The notes under the pieces are model-generated. The model had not been told where the DNA came from. It ran no database searches and saw only the letters and a program-made list of their open reading frames with translations. The position numbers were made by a program, and so were the translations under genes. Positions 26,584 to 39,059 of a stretch of 64,000 nt of DNA are shown in pieces. The DNA is from Eledone cirrhosa. Lineage: Eukaryota. The stretch's first letter is position 1. Each line of letters starts with the position of its first letter. The DNA lies in assembly GCA_964016885.1 (NCBI GenBank), contig OZ024759.1, positions 8,680,001-8,744,000 on the forward strand, given 5' to 3'.

Positions 26584-29500
26584 CAGCTTACGCACCCCAA
26601 TCGGGGCTGCCAGACGAACTTAAGGATAGGTTTTACGAGTCCCTAATACACACTACTGCTCTAACAGACGACAAGGACTTCCTAATCATTGCAGGAGATT
26701 TTAACGGACACGTAGGTAAACACTGCGACGGCTTCAATAGAGTACATGGAGGCCATGGAGTTGGCACAAGGAATGAGGAAGGATTCAGACTTCTAGAATT
26801 CTGCGACGCCAATGACATGTCGATATGTAACACAAACTTTAAAAAACCCGACAACCACCTGATCAGGGGAGCACTCTAGTCAGTTAGATTTTATCCTCAT
26901 CAGAGGACGTGACAGATGGACGGTCGTAAACACAAAAGCCTTCCCTAGTGAGGAATGTACATCCCAACATAGCTTAGTTGTCAGCGACCTCACGGTCAGA
27001 ACTAGACGAGCCCTGAAACAGAGGCCAACCTGGAGAAGAAAGATCTGGAAGCTGAAAGTCCCCTCAACCAGTAACAGATTTAAAGATATTTTACTCAACG
27101 CCTACGACAGTAAAGAAGAACAGATAGAGACATTTAACGTAGAAGAGAACTGGGAGTTCCTAAAAAATAACTTACTAGAGGCGACGGATGAGGTTTGTGG
27201 CTGGAGTAAGACCTCAAGCAGGAGGAGAGTGACTTGGTGGTGGAACAATAAGGTAGATGAAGCAGTCAAGGCCAAGAGACAGGCATGGAAAGAATGGAAG
27301 AATGGGGGGAGCAGGGTACATTACATAGAGACCAAGAGGGAAGCTAGGCGACAAGTATACTTAGCTAGGAGGGAAGCAGAGGATAGAAAATTCAAGCATG
27401 TTTTACAACGTGAGGACCAGAAACAGGAGGTATTCAAGATTGCGAGGCAGTGTGTCAGAGATAGTTGTGATGTCATTGGAGAGAAGTGTATCCGGAATGA
27501 TAAAGGTGAGCTTGCCCTCACAAGTGCTGAGAAGAAAGATGCATGGAAGAGTCATTATGATAGATTACTAAATGAGGAGAATGCATGGGAAGAAGAGACC
27601 CTACCCCACGTAGACCCTATAGAGGGACCAGCAGTACAAGTCAGCGGCAGCGTAGTAAGTAAGGCAATCAGAGATATGAAGATAGGGAAGGCAACCGGTC
27701 CATCGGGTATAGCTGCCGAGATGCTGAAGGCATCTGGGTCTGTAGGTCACACTATAACCACACGTATCGTTAACCAGGTAATACTAGAGGGGGCCATACC
27801 AAAAGATTGGTGCAGTAGCATTATTGTCAACTGCTACAAAGGTAAAGGCGATGCACTAGATAGAGGAAACTATAGAGGTATAAAGTTGATGGACCAGGTC
27901 ATGAAAGTAACAGAAAGAGTTATAGCACAGCTGATTAGGGACCGGGTGAATATAGACGAGATGCAATTTGGGTTTGTACCAGGGAAAGGCACCACTGATG
28001 CGCTCTTCCTTGTGAGGCAATTACAGGAAAAGTACCTAGCTAAAAGTAAGCCACTCTACTTGGCATTTGTCGACCTTGAGAAAGCCTTTGACAGAGTTCC
28101 ACGTGCAGTAATCTGGTGGGCTCTTAGAAAACTAGGAGTAGATGAATGGCTTGTGAAAGCGGTACAAGCCATGTATAGGGGAGCAGTCAGCAAAGTTAGG
28201 ATTGGCAATGAGTATAGCGAGGAATTTAGCGTACAGGTTGGGGTCCACCAGGGCTCTGTTCTTAGCCCTCTCCTGTTCATCATAGTCCTGCAGGCAATAA
28301 CGGAGGAGTTTAAGACCGGATGCCCATGGGAACTCCTGTATGCTGATGACCTCGCACTCATAGCTGAATCTATGGTAGAACTAGAGAATAAATTCCAAAC
28401 CTGGAAGCAGGGACTAGAGAGAAAGGGCCTCAAAGTCAACATGACAAAGACTAAGGTCCTTATAAGTAGACGAGAAAACAGAACCCAGATCCCCTCAGGG
28501 AAATGGCCTTGCTCAGTATGTAGGAAAGGTGTAGGTAGGAACTCCATTCTTTGCCCCAAATGCAAACAATGGGTACACAAGAGATGTAGCGGGATCTCAG
28601 GAAGCTTAATTAAGAATGTAGGATTCACATGCAGCAGCTGTGCTGAAACAGCAAGCAAACAGCCACAGGAAACAAGTACCACCAATCTCTGGGAGGGCCC
28701 TGTAGAAACAGTAGACAGCTTCTGCTACCTAGGTGACCGAATTAGCAACGGAGGTGGGTGCTCAGAAAGTACAATAACTAGGGTAAGAACGGGATGGAAG
28801 AAGTTTAGGGAACTACTACCACTGCTAGCTGCAAAAGGCTTCTCCCTCAGAATGAAAGGCAGACTGTATGATGCGTGTATCCGAACAGCGATGTTGCATG
28901 GTAGTGAGACCTGGGCGCTGAAGGTGGAAGACCTACGTAGATTAGAGAGAAACGAAGCCTGCATGCTCCGATGGATGTGTAACAGTAATATACGTGAACG
29001 ACAAAGCATAAATGAATTGAGAGAGAGACTGAGCATAAGAGGAATCAAATGCTGCGTGCAGGAGAGGCGGTTACGCTGGTATGGACATGTGATGCGTATG
29101 AAGGATGACAGCTGCATAAAAAGGTGCAGAGCACTAGAAGTTGATGGAAACCGCGGAGTGGGGAGACCCAAGATGACTTGGGATGAGGTGATAAAAGCCG
29201 ACCTTACCCAACTACACCTCTCAAAGTCAATGACACACGACCGTGACTTCTGGCGTCACGCAGTAATACAGGGAACCCGACCTCCCATGGGTACATGCTG
29301 AAGCATATAAACAATATGCCCCCCCCCCACCGCAAGGTGGTCGTGGAGGTGCCACGGCAAAAAAGCACCCAGCCCACACTGTAAAGTGGACGTGTAGGCG
29401 CCACGAAAAAGCACCCAGCACTCACTGTAAATGAGGTTGGTGTTAGGAAGGGCATCCAGCTGTAGAAATCAAGCCAGATCAGTTCCTGTATGAGCAAGGC

Positions 29501-29600
29501 ATGGTCAGCCGACCAGACACTGCCCACAACAGGACAACCCGTCTAACCCATGCTAGCGTGGAAGAACGGACGTAAAACGGTGATGATGATGATGATGATG
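26580..29600 (+). mobile_element. RTE-clade LINE, 5'-truncated within the endonuclease, RT frame open
   Basis: APE motifs [15 protein letters not shown]; one frameshift at ~26865; then an open frame to 29301 with NYRGI, QFGF, DLEKAFD, GVHQGSVLSPLLF, LLYADD, LHGSETW; 3' UTR and (TGA)n tail; TA-rich repeats on both flanks. Confidence 0.95.
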
Positions 29601-29676
29601 ATATATATATATATGTATATATATATATTATATTATACATATATATATGTATATATATATATATATGTATGTATGT

Positions 29677-29717
<41 letters not shown>

Positions 29718-29737
29718 TATGTATATATATATGTATG

Positions 29738-29778
<41 letters not shown>

Positions 29779-29820
29779 GTACATATATATGTACATATAT
29801 ATATATATATATATATGTAC

Positions 29821-29868
<48 letters not shown>

Positions 29869-29897
29869 GTACATATATATATGTATATATATATATA

Positions 29898-29937
<40 letters not shown>

Positions 29938-31129
29938 TATATATATATATATATATACGGGATAACATATTATTGTTAAATGCAGTCCACTTAGGTGTAG
30001 TCCAGTTAGGGTACTCCGAGTAGTGGATTGTATCAACGCTTGGCTAAGTTTGACTCAACAAGGCGTTTCCATAGTGATGCTGCGAGTATGTGGTGATTTC
30101 TATGTTGTTTACACTTGGAGTAATGATAAATCAGGAAAGAAGAGTGACACGGTTTGCTATACAATAAGGGCTTTAATCTCATTGCTGACAATTGTTTCTC
30201 TGAACTGATAAGTCTAGATATCGCTACCCACTTGTTTTCGCGACAATCGATCACCAATACATAGTTATAACCAGTCAATTCATCAGAGCTAGCGAGAATG
30301 AAGGGAATACACAGGCATGGCTACTATATATAGTAGTAATGGCATTCAATCAGAACAATAACAACAATACTAACAATGCTAGCAATAAATTATTTGAAAT
30401 AATCACAACATCAATCTAATGAAGACATAGAGTATACTTAAGACTTTAGCATGTAAAACGAGCTGATATGAGGCAGATGTATGAGATTGACATGTAAAAG
30501 CTGTCATGTGGTGTATTATATATAGTGTAGAGATAAGCCGGGGCTTTAAACAATGTACCATTTCCTTTACTGTAGCTTTGGTGACCGTAAGAATTATTTA
30601 TTATCTGACATAAAATATTTATCATTGTAGTGAGGATAGTAATTTTTGTGGTGTGAGGTGGGTTCAATATTTATGTGGTCTATATTAGATGAAGGGATTG
30701 TTAGTTTGAATCATGGGGTTGTCTAGCTTTCACATCATCAATAACATACATGTATAAGATAACATTAACAGAGTAGCAATATAATAGGTAAGTTAATACA
30801 GAGGTTAAGGAGGCAATACATATATATATAGAGAGAAAACATGCTGACTACAATTATAACAGGAGGAAGGTGATGTTTTGCTGTGGTAGTATTCTGAAAA
30901 TGTACTTAGATTTAGGTTCATTTGTTGAGAATCAAGGGTGAGGAAGTTGTGTTGACAACAGCTGAGAAGGGATATATTTATGGGTTGATAAGACATTTGC
31001 AGACATTACTGTGGTATAGAATTAAGAAGGCTAGAATCTGCTTAATGATTATAATAGTTCTGTGGTGGTCCATGTAATAGCGTGGATATCATATGTTGAA
31101 TGCTAAGTTATGTTGGTTCGATTCACGCC

Positions 31130-31215
31130 AAAAAAATCTGGGAACTTAAGGACAATAGCACCAACTACAATATCAAGTGGTCAAGGTTGTCGGCCACAAG
31201 GACTTACAGTACAGA
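31130..31215 (+). mobile_element. Penelope-like GIY-YIG C-terminal coding remnant
   Basis: IWELKDNSTNYNIKWSRL resembles the IWxLKxxxxxYxIxWxI segment of Penelope-like endonuclease ends. Confidence 0.5.
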
Positions 31216-31229
31216 ACTATTATACTCAT

Positions 31230-31418
31230 TAATTGTTTCTACTTTAGGCACAAGGCCAGCAATCACCCAGTGCATTACTGGTACTTTATTTTATCGACCC
31301 CCGTAAGGATGAAAGGCAAAGTCAACCTCGGCGGGATTTGAACTCAGATCGTAAAGGGACGTAACTCTATGCTGCAAACCATGGCGTCTGACCCTCTACC
31401 TATACTGCCAATCCACCA
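31230..31418 (-). mobile_element. SINE-A copy
   Basis: Reverse complement of 5243-5422. Confidence 0.85.
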
Positions 31419-31507
31419 CTATTGTACTCATTAATATTGCCAGAAATAATAACAAAACACACTCATGTTTGTGTGTATAATATGTACACACACATTATGT
31501 GTTTGTG

Positions 31508-31982
31508 GTGGTTATGTTGATGATGATGATGATGACACACATTGTGTATGATGGTTATGTTGACGATGATGATGACACACATTGTGTATGATGGTTATGT
31601 TGATGATGATGATGATGACACACATTGTGTGTGATGGTTATGTTGATGATGATGATGACACATTGTGTATGATGGTTATGTTGATGATGATGATGACACA
31701 CATTGTGTATGATGGTTATGTTGACGATGATGATGACACATTGTGTATGATGGTTATGTTGATGACGATGATGATGACACATTGTGTATGATGGTTATGT
31801 TGATGATGATGATGACACACATTGTGTATGATGGTTATGTTGACGATGATGATGATGACACACATTGTGTATGATGGTTATGTTGATGATGATGATGACA
31901 CACATTGTGTATGATGGTTATGTTGATGATGATGATGATGACACACATTGTGTATGATGGTTATGTTGATGATGATGATGAT
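31508..31982. repeat. ~40-bp (GAT)n-containing minisatellite abutting the exon-7 acceptor
   Basis: Unit GATGGTTATGTT(GAT)nGACACACATTGTGTAT. Confidence 0.9.
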
Positions 31983-32006
31983 AATTATCTGTTTTGTTCT
32001 ATTCAG

Positions 32007-32079
32007 AGGAAGTAGATAAAATGCTTCAGACAGAGAATGTGATATTATCAGAGACAGAAGGGATGGAACTGGACGCCAT
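32007..32079 (+). CDS. NARFL: NARFL coding exon 7
   Basis: (E)EVDKMLQTENVILSETEGMELDA; TTCAG acceptor, GTGAGT donor; phase 1 in, phase 2 out, which is exactly what bridges exons 6 and 8. Confidence 0.85.
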
Positions 32080-32194
32080 GTGAGTAACATTTACTACTTC
32101 ATAGATAAATAATCAGTATATCAGTATATACATACATATGTGTATATATATATATATATATGTGTGTGTACATATATATATATATGTACATATA

Positions 32195-32233
<39 letters not shown>

Positions 32234-32410
32234 ACATATATATGTATGTGTATATATATAACAAAGGAATTGTGATAAGGAACCAGATGGACTATAACGC
32301 ACCAGAGTACTCAATACCTAGGGTAGTAGAGTGGGAAATAGGAAAAAGTATGACCTTGATGGCAGAGCTCAAGCCGTTTCAACGTCGGGGTCATACTTTT
32401 TCCTGGGTAT

Positions 32411-32903
32411 ATGGTTGGCTGATATCATGGCTGGCTGGTTACATGGCTGGCTGGTATCATGGTTGGTTGATATCATGGCTGGCTGGTTACATGGTTGGCT
32501 GGTTACATGGCTGGCTGGTTACATGGCTGGCTGGTTACATGGTTGGCTGGTTACATGGTTGGCTGGTTACATGGCTGGCTGGTTACATGGTTGGCTGGTT
32601 ACATGGTTGGCTGGTTACATGGCTGGCTGGTTACATGGCTGGCTGGTTACATGGCTGGCTGGTTACATGGTTGGCTGGTATCATGGTTGGCTGGTTGCAT
32701 GGTTGGCTGGTATCATGGCTGGCTGATATCATGGCTGGCTGGTATCATGGCTGGCTGGTTACATGGTTGGCTGGTTACATGGTTGGCTGGTGTCATGGCT
32801 GGCTGGTTACATGGTTGGTAACATGGCTGGCTGGTTAGTATCATGGCTGGCTGGTTGGTTACATGGTTGGCTGGCTGGTACATAGTTGGTATCATGGCTG
32901 GCT
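32411..32903. repeat. 16-bp minisatellite
   Basis: Unit GGYTGGCTGGTTACAT. Confidence 0.93.
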
Positions 32904-33479
32904 TTTATAATGAACTAAAGGAAATTGGAAGTGTTGGTCATGGTAGGAGTGTCTATTCTGATAATCACCGTAGAGAATAGCAGTGAAGTAGCACTCTGTC
33001 AGCTACACCCACCATCATGTTACTTTCCTTTCCTAATAGAAAAGTTATTTTTATTGAAGAAAACATTTAAGCTGCTCCACGTGGTTTATGTTAAATGGTG
33101 TTATATAATTGTTTCTACTTTTGGCACAAGGCCAGCAATTATTTCAGTGTATTACTGGTACTTTATTTTATGTGTTATATGTACTGTGAAGTTGTCTGGC
33201 GCTCTACCGATATTGCCAGAAAATAATTAGTGTTCACACAATGCTGGGAATGGCCGGTGTGAAGGTGGGGAATCTCCACCAACCGTCTTATATTATATTT
33301 TTGATTGGCAGTAATCGGTAGAGCGCCAGACGCCATGCTTTGCAGCATAGAGTTATGGCCCTTTAGGTCCTGAGTTCAAATCCTTCCGGAGTTAACTTTG
33401 CCTTTCCCCCTTATGGGTCTAGGTAAATTAAAGTAACTGTAATGCAGTGGGGGTATTAATTGTTAATAACACTACTTCT

Positions 33480-34703
33480 CCCCCTCATATAAAGAACACC
33501 ACTCACACAGCACTCCTACTCCTCTCTCTTATTATGTAAAGAGCACCACTCCCCCCCCCCCTCTTATATTATATAAAGAGCACCACTCACACAGCACTCC
33601 TACTCCTCTCTCATATTATGTAAAGAGCACCACTCCCCCTCTCTTATATTATATAAAGAGCACCACTCACACAGCACTCCTACTCCTCTCTCATATTATG
33701 TAAAGTAGAAACAATTATATAAAGAGCATCACTCATCCCCCTCTCTAATATTATATTATATAAAAGAGCACTAACCACTCAGGCAGCACTCAACCCCCTC
33801 TCTAATATTATATTATATAAAAGAGCACTAACCACTCAGGCAGCACTCAACCCCCTCTCTAATATTATATTATATAAAAGAGCACTAACCACTCAGGCAG
33901 CACTCAACCCCCTCTCTAATATTATATTATATAAAAGAGCACTAACCACTCAGGCAACACTCAACCCCCTCTCTAATATTATATTATATAAAAGAGCACT
34001 AACCACTCAGGCAGCACTCAACCCCCTCTCTAATATTATATTATATAAAAGAGCACTAACCACTCAGGCAGCACTCAACCCCCTCTCTAATATTATATTA
34101 TATAAAAGAGCACTAACCACTCAGGCAGCACTCAACCCCCTCTCTAATATTATATTATATAAAAGAGCACTAACCACTCAGGCAGCACTCAACCCCCTCT
34201 CTAATATTATATTATAAAAAGAAAGCACCACTCCCCCCTCTTATAAGATCATCACTCATCCCCCTCTCTAATATTATATTATAAAAAGAGAGCAGCACTC
34301 CCCCCTCTTATAAGAGCATCACCCAACCCCCTCTCTAATATTATAAAAAGTGCACCACTCAGGCGGCACTCCCCCCTTTTATATTATAGAAAGAGCATCA
34401 CCCAACCCCCTCTCTAATATTATAAAAAGAGCATCACCCAACCCCCTCTCTAATATATTATAAAAAGCACCACTCCCCCCTCTTATAAGAGCATCACCCA
34501 ACCCCCTCTCTAATATATTATAAAAAGCACCACTCAGGCGGCACTCCCCCCTCTAATATATTATATAAAAGAGCAGCACTCCCCCCTCTCTAATATTATA
34601 TTATAAAAATGAGCACCACTCAGGCAGAGAGCATTACCCAACCCCCTCTCTAATATTATATTATAAAAAAAGAGCACCACTCAGGCGGCACTCCTCCCCT
34701 CTC
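33480..34703. repeat. 57-bp minisatellite with degenerate flanking units
   Basis: Unit AAAAGAGCACTAACCACTCAGGCAGCACTCAACCCCCTCTCTAATATTATATTATAT. Confidence 0.9.
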
Positions 34704-35518
34704 AGTCAGTAAAAAACCAACAGAGAACGATCCTCAATGGTGAAACTAATCAAGTAAAGTCGGGAGACTTGATCAGTTCACCTGTTTCACGCTCAGGGAG
34801 AAGAGCTTCACCTCATCATCGTGGTGTTGTTGTACCGCTCAATAGAATCGGATACCGTTGCGACACATACTTAAGAAATGATCCTTAAAAGCATGGTCTT
34901 AACTTTCTCTAGCTAGCTGGCCCGTATATATACATTTCCTATCTAGTACATTAATGACGTTACTTATTTTACATACATGCCTAAAGACAACCTTTAATTT
35001 AATTGGTGACGTTACTTCAGATAAAAGTATTCATCAATATATAATTATTAATATATATTAAATATACATGACTTCAATTTCCTGTTTTTAATGGCAGTTA
35101 ATTATATTTTTTTAATTGAAATATATTTATGTTTGTTATATATTTTGGTTAATGTCTAAAAAGAGAGAAAATTAAAGGGAGATAATTCTAATATTTGTCG
35201 GTGAAAGAATGCCAGCCACGTGTTTGAAACAATGTCTAGGATGTTGTAGAGGTGGGATATCCTTCTTCTATCATTGATTGCGACCAGATTTAATTTCAGA
35301 AATTAAATATTTGTAACTAAATGCCTGAAATAATTTTGTGCGATGTTTCTAGCGATTATTTTATTATTTTATTTGTGTAAATACAGTTTTCTCACCCACA
35401 CACGTCCGCTCGATTCTCATAAGCTTTTCACTATCTAGATAAGAAATATATATTTACTTACACACACCCACCCATACATATAGACATACATTATATATAT
35501 ATATATATATTACTTGTT

Positions 35519-35560
<42 letters not shown>

Positions 35561-35741
35561 AATAAGTAAGACCCCGACGGCTGAGCTTAAGCCGTTTCGA
35601 CGGCTAATTCGAATTAGCCGTCGAAACGGCTTGAGCTCAGCCGTCGGGGTCTTACTTGTTCCTATTACCCACTCTACTACCCTAAGTATTGAGTACTTTG
35701 GTGCGTTATGGTCCACCTGGTTCCTTACCACTTTTCCTTCG

Positions 35742-35784
<43 letters not shown>

Positions 35785-35786
<2 letters not shown>

Positions 35787-36098
35787 CATACATGACTTTT
35801 AGCGGTCGCAATAATGAAAAGTAAATCTAGCCGCATCATCTCCGATGGTTGGGCTTCCTAATCGGAAATTGAAGGTGGGATTTACGTTCATGATGTTGTG
35901 GTGCACGAACGGAACTTTGTAGATCCTGCGGACCCTGATGTGCACACACAGCTCATAGAGAACACATGGAGCCGTGCAAAGAAGAAGCTTCGTCGCCAGC
36001 ATGTTTCGTTTAAACACACACACAAAATGTAAACACGACGTTCGAAAATGAAAATAAATTTATTTTCATTATTGCGGCCGCTAAAAGTCGTGTATGCC
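35785..36098 (+). mobile_element. Merlin/IS1595-type non-autonomous DNA transposon with transposase remnant
   Basis: 36-bp TIRs GGCATACAYGACTTTTAGCGGYCGCAATAATGAAAA (2 mismatches); internal RIISDGWAS*...VVHERNFVDPADPDVHTQLIENTWSRAK. Confidence 0.8.
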
Positions 36099-36404
36099 AT
36101 ATAATGCCATATATATAATGTAATGAGTATAACCGAAGTGTATATATGTTTATGAAGATGTAGGCGGTGAATTGGCAGGTTCCCCGTTAGATCTTCAGAT
36201 AGAATATTTTATGGTTTTTTGTTTCGTTGAAAACATATCAGGGTCAACTTTACATTTCATTTAAAAAAGTACCAGTCCAGTACTAGGGTTGATTCTTTTT
36301 TTTTTTTTTTTTTACATTAATTACCGTGTTACAGTTGTATAAATTTACAGTAGAATAACGTTGCAAATATGTTTTAAATATATACATAAATAACATTATA
36401 AATA

Positions 36405-36974
36405 GGTGGATTGGCAGTGTCGGTAGAAGGTCGGACGCCATGCTTTGACGTATAGAGTTACGGCCCTTGCCATTCTGTGTTCAAATCCCGTCGAGGTTGA
36501 CTTTGCTTTTCATCCTTACGGGGTCGATAAAATAAAGTACCAGTAATGTACTGTATTTGCTGGCCTTCTGCCAAAAGTAGAAACAATTATAAATAATTGT
36601 TTCTACTTTAGGCAGTGTCGGTAGAAGGTCGGACGCCATGCTTTGACGCATAGAGTTACGGCCCTTGCCATTCTGTGTTCAAATCTCGTCGAGGTTAACT
36701 TTGCTTTTCATCCTTACGGGGTCGATAAAATAAAGTACCAGTAATGTACTGTAATTGCTGGCCTTGTGCCAAAAGTAGAAACAATTATAAATAATTGTTT
36801 CTACTTTAGGCACAAGGCCAGCAATTACCCAGTGCATTACTGGTACTTTATTTTATCGACCCTGTAAGGATGAAAGGCAAAGTCGACCTCGGCGGGATTT
36901 GAACTCAGATCATAAAGGGACGTAACTATGCTGGAAAGCATGGCGTCCGACCCTCTACCGATACTGCCAATCCA
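36405..36974. mobile_element. Cluster of three SINE-A copies (+,+,-)
   Basis: Copies at ~36405-36588, 36611-36786 and 36794-36974. Confidence 0.85.
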
Positions 36975-37464
36975 TTATAAATAATACAATGCTTATAGAA
37001 CACAAACAAATATAATATAAAGGAAAGAAGCAAATCTGTTACAACCTAACCAGGAATTAAAGGAACACGGCACAAGGCCAGCACTTCTTTTTAGGAAGAT
37101 ATCGACCCACTTCTATATTTTATCGACTTGCCAGAGAAAATTACCTGGGCTGGATTTGAACTCAGAACGAAGAAAATCATAACTAATTACCGCAAAACAT
37201 TATCTGACATTCCGTCAATTCACTGCCCCAATTAATAAAGATTAATTATACTGTAATTATTCTCTCAATATTTTCGGTGTTCGTAGTGTTGTTCATCGTT
37301 AAAATAAAGTACCAGTAATGCACTGAGGTTGATTTAATCGACTTTCCCCTCCCCTTCAAGTTGCTAGTCTTGTGCCTAAAGTAGAACCAATTATATTTAT
37401 GTACATGATACTTGTTACACAACTAGATATATCAGAGACTTTGGTATATCGCTTAAATGTGTGT

Positions 37465-37501
<37 letters not shown>

Positions 37502-37639
37502 CATATATATATATGATGGCTGCCCCCTCGTTATTGAGTATGGCCATTGCACGCAAAAAAAAACCATAATAATAATAATAAATAAATAAATTATATATAT
37601 ATATACACACATACATACACACACACACACAATAACAAT

Positions 37640-38270
37640 TAATGCTGCTGCAATCGAATGTGGCTTTCTAGCCCAGCCAATGATCTAAAATGTCTTGCAC
37701 AGAGTCGGCAACCAAAACATTCACTGGGAATAGCTGGCTGTGGTTGGAGTTCATGTACTTTTGCATGTCGTTTGAGCCCTTCTGCTGATCTACACTCTCT
37801 TCCACATGCTTGACAGGTATGATGAGTAACATCTCCAACAGCAGCCTGGAAGTCAACCACTGGTCTCTCTTTATGACTGTGAAGATGACTTTCGAGTCCA
37901 GCTTTGCTGAGGCAGAGTCTCGCTCAGACGCTGCATGTCAGCACCATAGGAGGACCTTCGTTGTCTGGAAATGCAACAGCAATGCCCTTCCTCACATCCC
38001 TTTTGACTTTCTCATACGCGATTTGAGATGCCTCAGAGGCAACTTTCCCCTCATGTACAGTCTCCTTTTATTATGATCAACAGCTACGCTTTCCCATGTA
38101 TCAGCAGAGATGTTAGCATCTTTCAAAGAGGCTTTCAACGAATCCTTATATCTCTTTTGGTTTATAGAAGCTCTTGTGCTTAACCAAAGACTCTGATGGA
38201 GTGGTCACCTTGCCAGGATGAAGGATTCTAGAATACCAAAACAAGTTTTTATGGAGAGTTAGTTAGAGGA
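37640..38270 (-). mobile_element. RTE (BovB-like) C-terminus with CCHH-like knuckles; mixed-orientation remnant
   Basis: CQACGRECRSAEGLKRH and CRLCARHFRSLAGLESH on minus; LxWSGHLARMKDSRIPKQVFYGEL on plus at ~38190-38270. Confidence 0.65.
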
Positions 38271-38458
38271 AAATATATATATATATATATTGTTAGTTTC
38301 AGAAGATCCTGTTAAGGGTGAAAGCAGCGATTCTTTGCTTAAACTTTAATCTGTTATTTTAATAAATATATATATATATATATATACATACATACATCCA
38401 ACTAGATATATGAAGGAGACTTTCGTATATTGTTTAAATTTGTGTGTATATATATATA

Positions 38459-38935
38459 TTTAACGAAGGGTATTAGTAAGAAATTGTTAGAATGATTATA
38501 ACATGGTTGTTAGATGAAAATAAACAGGAATAGCAGATTTACTTTATATATAAAAAGGTTTACTTCACTTCAGTCAAAAAGAACAATAAACAAGTTACCA
38601 CGAGTTGCGAAGGTTGACAATGTTATTTTGTTGTTGGTTCATGAGGCTGGTGTAGTCTGAGACTAAGAGAGAGAGAGTAATGGTCTGTAGTTGACTGTAG
38701 ACCACTGTGGCCTGTAGATAGCGGTGATCTTTACATAGCTTGTCTATAGAGTACGGCTCCGGTCTCTCTGTGTGTAAAACCAGGGAATATACAGGCTTTA
38801 TATACCTGTCGCTTTCTGTCTCCCACCTCAAGGGGACAGCCCACTCATGAACCTGTTCACACCAAAAGGGTGGTGACCTAGAGTTTGACTTTTAGGTGTG
38901 ACCCAAAGTTCAATGCGTGGACAGACTTCGCTACA
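38459..38935 (-). mobile_element. Possible solo LTR
   Basis: Termini TTTAACGAAG...CTTCGCTACA resemble TG..CA inverted ends; TATATAAA on the minus strand at ~38800; TA flanks. Confidence 0.4.
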
Positions 38936-39059
38936 TATATACGTTTTTTAATTCATTTTGTGAAATCTCTCATCTGAAAATATGTGTTGAAACAGATATT
39001 GTTATACTTTGGGAGGGCCATGCTGCCAATAAAAACACACACACACCTGTTGGTGGGCG

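Noticed and set aside
33230-33460. Unusually divergent SINE copy
   Set aside because: Scattered mismatches fit low-quality consensus or old decay; no interpretable pattern
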